Assembly (NCBI GenBank): GCA_039630415.1
Contig: JBCNVB010000013.1
Span: forward strand, 160,001 to 224,000
Reading direction: 5' to 3'
Length of the DNA: 64,000 nucleotides
Origin: a bacterium
Lineage (GTDB): Bacteria; DRYD01
In this document: piece by piece, positions 48,223 through 57,298 of the stretch
Layout: each line of letters starts with the position of its first letter
Numbering within the stretch: position 1 is the stretch's first letter
Made by a program: the position numbers and the translations under genes
The notes under the pieces: generated by a model
What the model was told of the DNA's origin: nothing
Databases searched by the model: none
What the model saw: only the letters and a program-made list of their open reading frames with translations

Positions 48223-51200
48223 ATGGAAGATATAAAGTTGATAGAAGAGAAAATAAAGTCAAATCCAAATGAGGTTGAACCGGAACTAATATATCGAGTT
48301 GCTAATTTTTATTTTATAAATCACAATTTAGACGAGGCTTTAAAGTACTATAATTTGCTTTTAAAACTACAGCCAAATCACAAGATGGGACTTTTTGAAT
48401 TAGGTAGTATTTATTCAAACATAGGTAATTTAAATGAAGCTATAAATTTGTGGCAGAAGGTTATATCGATAGATCCTCATTTTACTAGAGCACATTTTAA
48501 TTTGGCTTTGGCTTATTCAAAGCTAAAGAGATACTCCGATGCTTTGTCTGAATTTCATATAACTTTGTCTTTGGTAAGGCAGAGTGGAGATCCTATAGGA
48601 TTAGAGAAAAGAATTCTACAGGAGATAAAAAGAATTCAAGAAATACAATCAAGTTTGCCTATTTCTGAGGCAACACAAGATATAGAAACTCAAAGACAAT
48701 ATGCTTTGATTTTGACAAAGAAAGGTGATCTTGATAATGCCTTAAATGCTTTCAAGGAAATAATAAAGTTTTTCCCTGAGGATAAAATAAGCTTACTTAA
48801 CATAGGTATCATATACACTAAAAAGGGTCAATACCAAGAAGCTATAGAGTACCTTAACAGAGTAGTAGAAGTTGATTCATCAGAAGCTGAGGCTTACTTC
48901 TATTTGGCAACAGTTTACGAGGAAATGAATGATTATAAAAAAGCTGTAGAATATTATAAAAAGGCTATTTTTTATAATCCAAATCACTATTTTTGGTATT
49001 ACAAAATAGGTAGAATACTGTATACTATAGGTTACTATGAAGAAGCTATAAATTACTATAAGAAATCTGTTGAGCTCAATCCTTTAGATAATTATTCTCA
49101 TAATAATCTTGGTATAGCGTATCTAGAGGTTGGTAATGTAAATGAGGCTATAAAGCATTTTTTAAAATCAATATATTTGGATCAGAATGATTCATATGCT
49201 TATTATAATTTAGCTAAAGCGTATGTAAATTTGGGACAGTTAAGTAGGGCTTACAAGAGTATTCAAAAAGCGATAGAACTTGAACCCAGGGGTGTTTACT
49301 TTCTTGAGGCTGCTAAGATTTTATACAAGTTAAGGAATTATAGAGAGTCCTTAGTTTTTGCTGTAAAAGCTACTGAAATGGAACCTAATTTGCTGGAAGC
49401 ATATGTTCTAATATCTAAGCTATATGCTATAGCTAAAAAGTATGATGAAGGTATATCGATTCTTGAAAAATTTGCAAGTCCAGAAAAAATAAACTTGTAT
49501 CTGGAATTAGCACAGATGTATTACATAAAAGGCGAAAAAGAGAAATCTGTTTCTACTCTTAAAAATATTTTATCCCTATCTTCTGTTCCACATGACATAT
49601 TCGTAGAAACTATAAGAAGGTTAATAAGGATTTATTACTCTTTTGGGGATTTGGAAAATGCTTATAAGTACTCTCTTGTGATGATTAACCAGAAAATCTT
49701 AGATCAACAGGATTATAAACTAATAATTAATCTATTCTTAAGACTAGCTAAGTATGAGGAATTATTATCTTTCTTTTCTATGCTAAATATAGATGAGCAG
49801 GATAGCGAAACAGTATTTTATTTCTCATATTGTAATATCAAATTAGGTTTTTACGAAGTTGCCAAAAAACATTTAGAAAGACTATATAATCTATATCCTT
49901 CCAATATCAAGATAGCTTATTATTATTTTTACTGCTTATTGAAGACTGGTGAGATTAATGCTGCTAGAAATATATTTGCAAGGATAGAAGAGGATCTATT
50001 TAAAAACCCAAAGCAATTTGATAGTCTATACGAGAATTACATAGAGTTACTGTATGTATTTAGTGATTTCGAAACGATGATGGAGAAGGGCTTATATTTT
50101 GTTAATTCTTCAGAGGTAGATGATACACAAAAGCAGAAAATTGTGGATATAATATATAAAAGTCTTTATGAAAGAAAACAGTTATTGAGAATTATAGAGC
50201 TTGAGAATCTAGTATCAATCTCAAGCTATAATGGCCATTATTTTTATTTACTTGCCTTAGTTTTGACTAGGAACTATCAGAAAATAGATCTCTATTTACA
50301 AAAGTATTCTCTAATTTCAGACAATAAATATCGTGAAAGTTATATTTTGATTTACTTCATTTGTTTATTGAAGCTTAAAAAGATTGATCTAGTGGAAAAA
50401 TTACTGGAAGAACAGAAACTTAGTCAAGAAAATTACATTTTTCTCAAAACTTTAACCGAGATATACAAAAAGAATATAAGCTCTGCTATATCAATTGTTA
50501 AACAAAACATCTATCTTATACCAAAGTTGTATATGATTTTAGGTATAAAATTTGATTTTATCAATTCGGACCAAATAAAGAACATTTGGGAAAGTGTAGG
50601 AGACTATTTAAAAGACATATGGTATGTGTATAGTTTTGACTATCAGAATATAGATGATAGTAACATAGGAGAATTTAATAGTTTGTTAGAAAGATTAGAA
50701 AACTATGATTTAAACTTCTTTGATGAAGTCATATATTTTCTACCTGATGAGTTTGTTGAGTTTTATTTCTATAATCCGGTTATTCTATTTTTACATATGC
50801 TAACGATAGATATAGAAAAGAGTCTGGTTGAGGAAAAATGGGAAAGAGTAAATATATTCAAGAAAATCAAACTAAAGGACAGGAAACCTATATTTGATAA
50901 GCTTTCGAAAATAGTTAAGAAAATTGCAGATATATCAAACATTCAGGAATATTACCTAGCGTATATTCAGGCTAAGATAGCTTTAGTAATGGGTGATTTG
51001 GATAAGGCCATAAGTTATCTATTTGAAGCACTTAGTAGCAACAAATATTTTTACTCTACTAGAATATTGCTTGGATGTATATATTATCTTAGAGAAATGT
51101 ACGATCTAACTATAGAGCAGCTAGTAGAGATTCAACATGATGAAAATGAGGATGTAAAGTATTTGCTTGGAAAGACTTATTTGGCTTCAAAATCCTTTAA

Positions 51201-52026
51201 GCTTGCGGAGGAAGAATTCAATTACTTACTTAATAAGAATCCTTTGGGATACAAATATCTATACAACAAGGTTATAGCTAACATATACATGAGTAAATTG
51301 GGATATGTTGAAGAATTAGAAAAAGTTTATCAATACATGAGTTCAAATAAGTTTAAAGGTAGTCAAGATTTTCTTGATATATCCTTGTATTTATCGTTTG
51401 TATACATACTTATTAGGAAATATAAAGAAGCAGAACAGATTTTGACAGATTTAATTAAAGATTACCCCAATGTAGATACAACTTACAAGTATCTTTCGTT
51501 AGTTTATATTTCTACTAATCAGGTAGCGAAAATTTTAAATGTATACAATATGGGTATAAAGAATTGTCCGTATAGCTCGGAAATATATTCTCAGCGGGGA
51601 GTGTTGTATTACAAGGCGGGTAAAATAGATCAAGCTGAATCGGATTTTTATAGAGCATATGAGTTGAATCCGCTTGATTTTATCGCTGTAAGCCATCTGG
51701 GTCTTATATCTCTTAGAAAGGAAAATTATAACCAGGCTTTAAATTATTTCAAAGAAGCTATATCTATTAAACCGTTGGCCTACGAAATATACACTAACAT
51801 AGGAAATGTATACGAAAAAATGGGTAAAATTATAGAAGCTAAAGAATACTTTGAAATAGCTTATGAACATAATCCATCGAATATTCAAAATATAAGAAAA
51901 CTAATAGAAATCCTTAAAAAGCTCTCTGATACTCTGAAGTTACAAATGATAAAGGAGGAAATAGAAAAAAATCACTCCATAGATAGTCAAGTAAAATCGG
52001 AATTGATTTCTATGATAGTAGGGTGA
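48223..52026 (+). CDS. Giant (1267 aa) cytoplasmic TPR protein
   Basis: Many canonical TPRs at both ends (AHFNLALAY, SHNNLGIAY, AYYNLAKAY, IYTNIGNVY); no signal peptide. Confidence 0.9.
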   Translation: MEDIKLIEEKIKSNPNEVEPELIYRVANFYFINHNLDEALKYYNLLLKLQPNHKMGLFELGSIYSNIGNLNEAINLWQKVISIDPHFTRAHFNLALAYSKLKRYSDALSEFHITLSLVRQSGDPIGLEKRILQEIKRIQEIQSSLPISEATQDIETQRQYALILTKKGDLDNALNAFKEIIKFFPEDKISLLNIGIIYTKKGQYQEAIEYLNRVVEVDSSEAEAYFYLATVYEEMNDYKKAVEYYKKAIFYNPNHYFWYYKIGRILYTIGYYEEAINYYKKSVELNPLDNYSHNNLGIAYLEVGNVNEAIKHFLKSIYLDQNDSYAYYNLAKAYVNLGQLSRAYKSIQKAIELEPRGVYFLEAAKILYKLRNYRESLVFAVKATEMEPNLLEAYVLISKLYAIAKKYDEGISILEKFASPEKINLYLELAQMYYIKGEKEKSVSTLKNILSLSSVPHDIFVETIRRLIRIYYSFGDLENAYKYSLVMINQKILDQQDYKLIINLFLRLAKYEELLSFFSMLNIDEQDSETVFYFSYCNIKLGFYEVAKKHLERLYNLYPSNIKIAYYYFYCLLKTGEINAARNIFARIEEDLFKNPKQFDSLYENYIELLYVFSDFETMMEKGLYFVNSSEVDDTQKQKIVDIIYKSLYERKQLLRIIELENLVSISSYNGHYFYLLALVLTRNYQKIDLYLQKYSLISDNKYRESYILIYFICLLKLKKIDLVEKLLEEQKLSQENYIFLKTLTEIYKKNISSAISIVKQNIYLIPKLYMILGIKFDFINSDQIKNIWESVGDYLKDIWYVYSFDYQNIDDSNIGEFNSLLERLENYDLNFFDEVIYFLPDEFVEFYFYNPVILFLHMLTIDIEKSLVEEKWERVNIFKKIKLKDRKPIFDKLSKIVKKIADISNIQEYYLAYIQAKIALVMGDLDKAISYLFEALSSNKYFYSTRILLGCIYYLREMYDLTIEQLVEIQHDENEDVKYLLGKTYLASKSFKLAEEEFNYLLNKNPLGYKYLYNKVIANIYMSKLGYVEELEKVYQYMSSNKFKGSQDFLDISLYLSFVYILIRKYKEAEQILTDLIKDYPNVDTTYKYLSLVYISTNQVAKILNVYNMGIKNCPYSSEIYSQRGVLYYKAGKIDQAESDFYRAYELNPLDFIAVSHLGLISLRKENYNQALNYFKEAISIKPLAYEIYTNIGNVYEKMGKIIEAKEYFEIAYEHNPSNIQNIRKLIEILKKLSDTLKLQMIKEEIEKNHSIDSQVKSELISMIVG

Positions 52027-52032
52027 TAGATC

Positions 52033-54432
52033 ATGAATAGTTTTTTATCGGAAAAATATCTGAATCGATTCGCTTACTACTATAAGATATCCGATAAACT
52101 GGATAATAATCAAATAAATCAAATTATTTTGCAGTTAATGAAAAAACTCAATTTCCGAACTTTTTCATTCAAAGATTTAGATCAAATACAAATCCATCAA
52201 TTAATTCTACCTAAGTTTTTCATTTCAAATGATGAAAAGGACCTTTTCTTAGTTAAATTTTGTAAAGAAAAAAATATAATTGAATTGGATTTATATTCTT
52301 CCCAACAAATTGATTATTCCGATACTTTAAAATCTATTGCTAATGAACTATCTTTGTCTGAAATATCTTTTTCAGAAGTTTTTAGTGATCTTGATAGTAA
52401 ATACTTAAAATTTTTTAAGCAGTATCATGTTGATACATCCAAGATAGATTTTGATAAAAATTTTTTAGATCAAAAATTTCTAAAAGTTTGTTATCAAGTA
52501 ATAACTAGGAAATACTCTGAATTATCACTTGAAGATCTTAGCTACTTGGAAAATTTGGAAAAAAATGATTTCATTAAAATACATATAGTTTTTAAGTGTC
52601 AGGTTTCTGGATCTAGTATTTTCCAACTAAACAAGTTGATAAATAGTCAAACATTAATAGAGGGGTTCAGATGTCCAATCTGCGGTAAAAAATTATCAGA
52701 AGAAAAGAAAGAAATAAATCTTACTATCTCTCCACAGTTCGAATTTTACTTTAATAATCATATATGGCTGAGAAATATCATATTTGACTATCTAAAAAAC
52801 AGATTGGGTATAACTATTTATGAATATGATAAAGATGTCTATTTAGTTAAATATCTCAGTACTATGTTTATATTTGTATTCGGTAATTGCGAAAATTTTG
52901 ATGATTATCTTCTTTTTTACAAAGAAGCAGAGATTTTAAACGTTGAATACAGCTTTTTCTTTTGTCTAAATTTTGAGAACAAAGCTTTTTCGTATCCAAT
53001 CGTAGGTAAAAGTAATCATAAATTTGATATTTTGCATATAGATCAACATCTTTTAGCTCCAGAGCATTTTAATGATATTTTAGAACGAATAAAGCAAAAA
53101 ATGGAACGAATTTACACCATAAGAAAACTCACTACTACAACTATTATATTGGACTACGAAAAGTTTTTACCATATCCAAAAAGTGAAATAAAGCAAGCGG
53201 AATACATACAAAATGAGATTTTGCACGATGAAGCTGTGCAGAATGAACCTATACAAGCTGAACCTGTGCAAACTGAACCTATACAAACTGAACCTATACA
53301 AACTGAACCTGTACAAACTGAACCTATACAAACTGAACCTGTACAAACTGAACCTGTACAAACTGAGTCTATGCAAGATCAATCAGAACAAATCCAACAG
53401 ATACAACAAGAAGAGGAAACTCTTGAATTAGAAAATATACAAAATGAAATAACTCAATTATTCGATAATATGTTTTATGGTCAGGAATTGCAACAAATAT
53501 ATGAAACGCAAAGTACTCATGAATTAAAGGAAGAGATAAAAAAAGAGGAGTATTTACAGCAAGAGGAAAAACAAATTGTACAAACTGAAATAGAACAAGT
53601 ACAGAGGGAACAAATAGATAAGCATACTATCCATGAAGTTTCTTTGGATGATTTGCTAACCCAAGTAAAAGCAAGTTTCAAAAACGAACTTGAAAACGAT
53701 ATTAACTATCAGGAATTGAAAAATGTATTTGATAATCTAACTGATCTAATTCAAAAGAGGGGAACAAACTTTATAGAAAATAATCTATTATTTTTTGAAA
53801 ATAACATAAAAAGACAATTGTCATTTATAGACTACTATGTAGTAAGCATTAAAGATGATTTGATTGAGATTTTCCCAAAAAACAAGTACAGTGAATTGAT
53901 TAGTGAGTATTACAAAAATGTTTCTAAAGTTATCTGTATTGACTCTGTAATCAGTAGAGTTAAAAATATTTTCTGTATTAGTAAGAACCAGGTTTATGTG
54001 AGCTTTATTAGTGATTATGATAAAGGTTTATTAATTAGCTGTTTTGTTTGGGAATCAACTATTAAGGATAGTGTGATTTTGTCTTATCCATTTGAACTGA
54101 AGAAAAATAGAATGGGTATTATAGGTAGAGTTTTACAAAATCTTGAGAATTTTAAAGTAGGTGGAGTAATAACTAACTTCTATGTTCTTAATGAAGATTT
54201 TGAATTAGTATACAATGAAAGTAATGTAAATACGGAGGCTATATACACGCTGTACAAATTATACAGTTATCATTTGGATTTTGAACCGTATGTAATAGGC
54301 TATTTTAGGGATGATTGCTATACAATGATATTCAAGGTAGGTAATATGTATGTAATTGTACAGAAGGAGAGTTTATCGTATAACGAGTTGGTTGAGATAT
54401 ACAATAGTTTGTATTTATTAGAGATAATATAG
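52033..54432 (+). CDS. Multidomain protein: Zn-ribbon-like region, Q/E-rich linker with pentapeptide repeats, putative roadblock-like C-terminal domains
   Basis: KCQVSG...RCPICG; (EP[IV]QT)n; C-terminal beta-beta-alpha-beta-beta-beta-alpha patterns. Confidence 0.6.
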   Translation: MNSFLSEKYLNRFAYYYKISDKLDNNQINQIILQLMKKLNFRTFSFKDLDQIQIHQLILPKFFISNDEKDLFLVKFCKEKNIIELDLYSSQQIDYSDTLKSIANELSLSEISFSEVFSDLDSKYLKFFKQYHVDTSKIDFDKNFLDQKFLKVCYQVITRKYSELSLEDLSYLENLEKNDFIKIHIVFKCQVSGSSIFQLNKLINSQTLIEGFRCPICGKKLSEEKKEINLTISPQFEFYFNNHIWLRNIIFDYLKNRLGITIYEYDKDVYLVKYLSTMFIFVFGNCENFDDYLLFYKEAEILNVEYSFFFCLNFENKAFSYPIVGKSNHKFDILHIDQHLLAPEHFNDILERIKQKMERIYTIRKLTTTTIILDYEKFLPYPKSEIKQAEYIQNEILHDEAVQNEPIQAEPVQTEPIQTEPIQTEPVQTEPIQTEPVQTEPVQTESMQDQSEQIQQIQQEEETLELENIQNEITQLFDNMFYGQELQQIYETQSTHELKEEIKKEEYLQQEEKQIVQTEIEQVQREQIDKHTIHEVSLDDLLTQVKASFKNELENDINYQELKNVFDNLTDLIQKRGTNFIENNLLFFENNIKRQLSFIDYYVVSIKDDLIEIFPKNKYSELISEYYKNVSKVICIDSVISRVKNIFCISKNQVYVSFISDYDKGLLISCFVWESTIKDSVILSYPFELKKNRMGIIGRVLQNLENFKVGGVITNFYVLNEDFELVYNESNVNTEAIYTLYKLYSYHLDFEPYVIGYFRDDCYTMIFKVGNMYVIVQKESLSYNELVEIYNSLYLLEII
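53230..53379 (+). repeat. In-frame 15-bp tandem repeat, 10 units, consensus GAACCT(A/G)TACAAACT = EP(I/V)QT
   Basis: Units read directly: EAVQN EPIQA EPVQT EPIQT EPIQT EPVQT EPIQT EPVQT EPVQT ESMQD. Confidence 0.97.
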
Positions 54433-54490
54433 GAGCGCTTACGGGGCTGTGAAAAGGGAGCGCTATAGAAATACCCAAACCCCTGTCTAA
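54433..54490. other. GC-rich intergenic element with competing stems (candidate structured RNA)
   Basis: AGCGCTT (54434-40) can pair with GAGCGCT (54458-64); ACGGGG (54441-46) can pair with CCCTGT (54481-86). Confidence 0.35.
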
Positions 54491-54496
54491 AAAAAT

Positions 54497-54883
54497 ATGA
54501 GTATAAACGAATTTGATGGAACACTGGCATACTTTGTAATATCTAGAATGGCTGGTGGAGAAATTTTAGAAAGCTACTCAAAAAACCCAAACTTTCTTCA
54601 ACCACTTTTGGAATACTCTCTCAGTTATATAGAAAGCTTTCAATCAATAAAATCTGATATATCTTCATGGAATCAAAACATATCTCAATATAACCATTCA
54701 CTGATATTTGAAAATCTAAAACAAATAACCTTATCCTATAATAACATAAAAGTTTTTTTTACAGAAATAAAGGAAGATGACATCTTTGTTGTGAATTTTT
54801 TTGATTGCTCTTACCCAGAAGGAATTATCAAAATATTCTTGAGCGAATATCTGAGCTACGTAAAACAAACCTATAGCTTCTAA
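54497..54883 (+). CDS. Roadblock/LC7 (MglB-like) fold protein
   Basis: LAYFVISRMAGGEIL (beta hairpin), long helix, QITLSYNNIKVFFTEI..DIFVVNFF (3 strands), EGIIKIFL helix. Confidence 0.55.
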   Translation: MSINEFDGTLAYFVISRMAGGEILESYSKNPNFLQPLLEYSLSYIESFQSIKSDISSWNQNISQYNHSLIFENLKQITLSYNNIKVFFTEIKEDDIFVVNFFDCSYPEGIIKIFLSEYLSYVKQTYSF

Positions 54884-54894
54884 TAGATAATAAG

Positions 54895-55401
54895 ATGGAT
54901 ATAAAAGTTATAAATGAATTATTGACAAAAGCAACACAGGGTAAATTGAAAATATACGATAAAAATGATTTTAATAATGAACTAAGCAAAGTTAAAGAAA
55001 ATTGCAGATTACAAAAAATATTTGAGATACTGTATAATGTTGATGTGTACCAATCTAGGCAGGAATTGGAAAAAATAATAAAGCAAAACTTTCCAGACTT
55101 GCAAAACCCAGGCTTATTCAATATCCTTCTAGTATTTAGTGAATTTGCAACCAATATGGTTAAACATGGAGGGGGAGGAAAAGCTGAAATATTCATCCTA
55201 CCTAATCAAATATTTATGCACTTTTCGGATAAAGGAAAAGGAATCGATATTGATAAAATCCCATATATAGCCTTATCAAATTACTCTACTATCCAAGATT
55301 CACTAGGATTTGGATTTACTATATGTATACAATTAAGTGATTCAATAATAATGAATACAGGTCCTCAAGGAACAAATATTCTGGTAAATATAAAGCTATG
55401 A
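54895..55401 (+). CDS. RsbT/RsbW-like anti-sigma Ser/Thr kinase (GHKL ATPase)
   Basis: N-box SEFATNMVKHGGGG, G1 DKGKG, G2 SLGFGF, GT. Confidence 0.82.
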   Translation: MDIKVINELLTKATQGKLKIYDKNDFNNELSKVKENCRLQKIFEILYNVDVYQSRQELEKIIKQNFPDLQNPGLFNILLVFSEFATNMVKHGGGGKAEIFILPNQIFMHFSDKGKGIDIDKIPYIALSNYSTIQDSLGFGFTICIQLSDSIIMNTGPQGTNILVNIKL

Positions 55402-56114
55402 TATATTCTACATATCCAAAAACGGAAAAAATAGATTTAACCAAATTACCATCTCATATAGCTTTTATAATGGATGGAAATAGAAGGTGGTCCAAATCTA
55501 AAAAATTACCTTTTTCTGTAGGACATAGAAAAGGTTTTGAAGTTTTTAAAAAAATTATACTTTTCTGTAATCAGTTAGGAATAAGAGAACTATCCTTCTT
55601 TGCTTTTTCTAAAGAAAATTGGAACAGATCAAGGGAGGAAGTAGATATACTTTTCAAACTTATGCTGTTTTACGCAAAAAGAGAAATATATAGAATTATT
55701 GAAGAAGGAATAAGGGTAAGAATAATAGGAGACAGGGAGAATCTACCTTCAGAACTATTAGAAGTTTTTCAAAAAATAGAAGATGAAAGTAAAAGTTTTG
55801 ATAAGATGATTGTAAACGTAATGATAAATTATTCCGGACAATATGATGTAATTCAAGCTGTGAAGAAAATAATTAGCAGTGGATATACAGCAGAAAAAGT
55901 TGATTATAATCTTCTGTATTCCCATCTTTTAATAAGTTCTCCAGATTTATTGATAAGAACGGGAGGGGAGTATAGAATAAGTAACTTTATACTTTTTCAA
56001 TTAGCTTATACTGAATTATATTTTTGTCCCAAAATGTGGCCGGAATTTGAAATAGAAGACCTAATAGATGCAATAGTAGAATACCAAAGAAGAGAAAGAA
56101 GATGGGGAAAATAG
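55398..56114 (+). CDS. uppS: Undecaprenyl diphosphate synthase
   Basis: HIAFIMDGNRRW, FSKENWNR, NYSG, DLLIRTGGEYRISNF, AYTE, RERRWG. Confidence 0.96.
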   Translation: MIYSTYPKTEKIDLTKLPSHIAFIMDGNRRWSKSKKLPFSVGHRKGFEVFKKIILFCNQLGIRELSFFAFSKENWNRSREEVDILFKLMLFYAKREIYRIIEEGIRVRIIGDRENLPSELLEVFQKIEDESKSFDKMIVNVMINYSGQYDVIQAVKKIISSGYTAEKVDYNLLYSHLLISSPDLLIRTGGEYRISNFILFQLAYTELYFCPKMWPEFEIEDLIDAIVEYQRRERRWGK

Positions 56115-57298
56115 CTTTAATCCATCTATCTGACTGCTTTTACCCCAGAATAAATGGTGTAACAATAGCTATAGAAACATTAATAGATACTCTACATGAT
56201 CAGGTGTTCGATACTTATATTATAGCTCCTAATTATCAAAAAAGTATTTCAATCGAGGTGGAAGATTATAAAGGTTCAAAAGTTATAAGAATACCTTCGA
56301 TTATTTTTCCTTTTAGTAAAGAGGACCGGTTTATGAAAATCAACTTAGCTAAAACAATATATAGTATGCTTTCAAATTATGACTGCTTTATTTTATTTTT
56401 TCATAATATAATGAATAGCTTCTTAATAGGTCAAAAAATAGCTGAATATGTAAAGAAAGACAGTAAAAGAGTAATAAAGATTCTGTACTATCATACATTC
56501 TGGGAGTACTATCTACACTACCTACCACTACCGAAGGTAATTACTAAGCAAGTACTTAACCTAATAGAAAAGTTTTTTTTAAACGCAGTAGATTACATAA
56601 TGGTTGCAAATTCATATGTTAAGCAAAAAATTGAAAATAAGGTTGATTCTAAAAATAAAATAATAATAAATCCTCTTCCTTTGAACAAAATTTTTTATGG
56701 TGCATCTCAGAATAAATTTTGCAAACTAAAAAATGATAATGATTTTCTCCTTTATGTTGGCAGAATAGGTAAAGAGAAGAATATATACTTTCTTATAGAT
56801 GTTTTCAGGGAATTTTTAAAATTAAAACCTGACTGCTACCTTTACATAGTTGGTGATGGACCAGAAAAACAAAAATTGATCAAATACTGTTCAGATATAG
56901 CAGATAAAATCCTATTTTTAGGTTATAAATCCCAAGATGAAATAATACAAATGTATAGAGATGCTAAAGGTATAATTTTCGTATCCAAAACAGAGACATT
57001 AGGTTTGGTTGTTGTAGAAGCTATGGCTTGCGGAGGAATAGTTTTTGCTCTCGATACACCTCCATTTAACAAGATAATTAAAAACATGGAAAATGGAGTT
57101 CTAATTTCCTACGAAGAACCCAAAAATTTTGCCTATGCTTTAGCAAACATATTATCTAATAACCAACTAGCTGAAAAAATAAGGAGAAATGCTTCTAGTA
57201 TTACCAATCACTACAACCCGGAAAATTTTAGAAAAATTTTTATTGAATTAACTAACGTGCTTTATCCAAGTTCTATCATAGGTGGTCTATATGGTTAG
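56102..57298 (+). CDS. GT4 glycosyltransferase (diacylglycerol glucosyltransferase-like)
   Basis: D.FYPRINGV, YHT.WE.YLHY, YVGRIGKEKN, GDGP, ETLGLVVVEAMA. Confidence 0.88.
   Translation: MGKIALIHLSDCFYPRINGVTIAIETLIDTLHDQVFDTYIIAPNYQKSISIEVEDYKGSKVIRIPSIIFPFSKEDRFMKINLAKTIYSMLSNYDCFILFFHNIMNSFLIGQKIAEYVKKDSKRVIKILYYHTFWEYYLHYLPLPKVITKQVLNLIEKFFLNAVDYIMVANSYVKQKIENKVDSKNKIIINPLPLNKIFYGASQNKFCKLKNDNDFLLYVGRIGKEKNIYFLIDVFREFLKLKPDCYLYIVGDGPEKQKLIKYCSDIADKILFLGYKSQDEIIQMYRDAKGIIFVSKTETLGLVVVEAMACGGIVFALDTPPFNKIIKNMENGVLISYEEPKNFAYALANILSNNQLAEKIRRNASSITNHYNPENFRKIFIELTNVLYPSSIIGGLYG

Noticed and set aside
53230..53379. Possible CRISPR array
   Set aside because: 15-bp head-to-tail units with no unique spacers, in frame within a CDS; no cas genes in the window.
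53167..53431. ORFs 53167-53382(-) and 53213-53431(+) with FSLYR/LNLYK repeats
   Set aside because: Alternative-frame shadows of the tandem repeat inside the 799-aa gene.
54430..54468. Stop-codon readthrough (Pyl/Sec-like) at the TAG followed by a structured element
   Set aside because: A second in-frame TAG follows at 54466-54468, and the downstream gene is in another frame with its own upstream TAA, so no fusion results.
54441..54496. preQ1-I riboswitch (stem followed by A-rich tail)
   Set aside because: The loop is too long and lacks the conserved loop consensus; no queuosine gene downstream.
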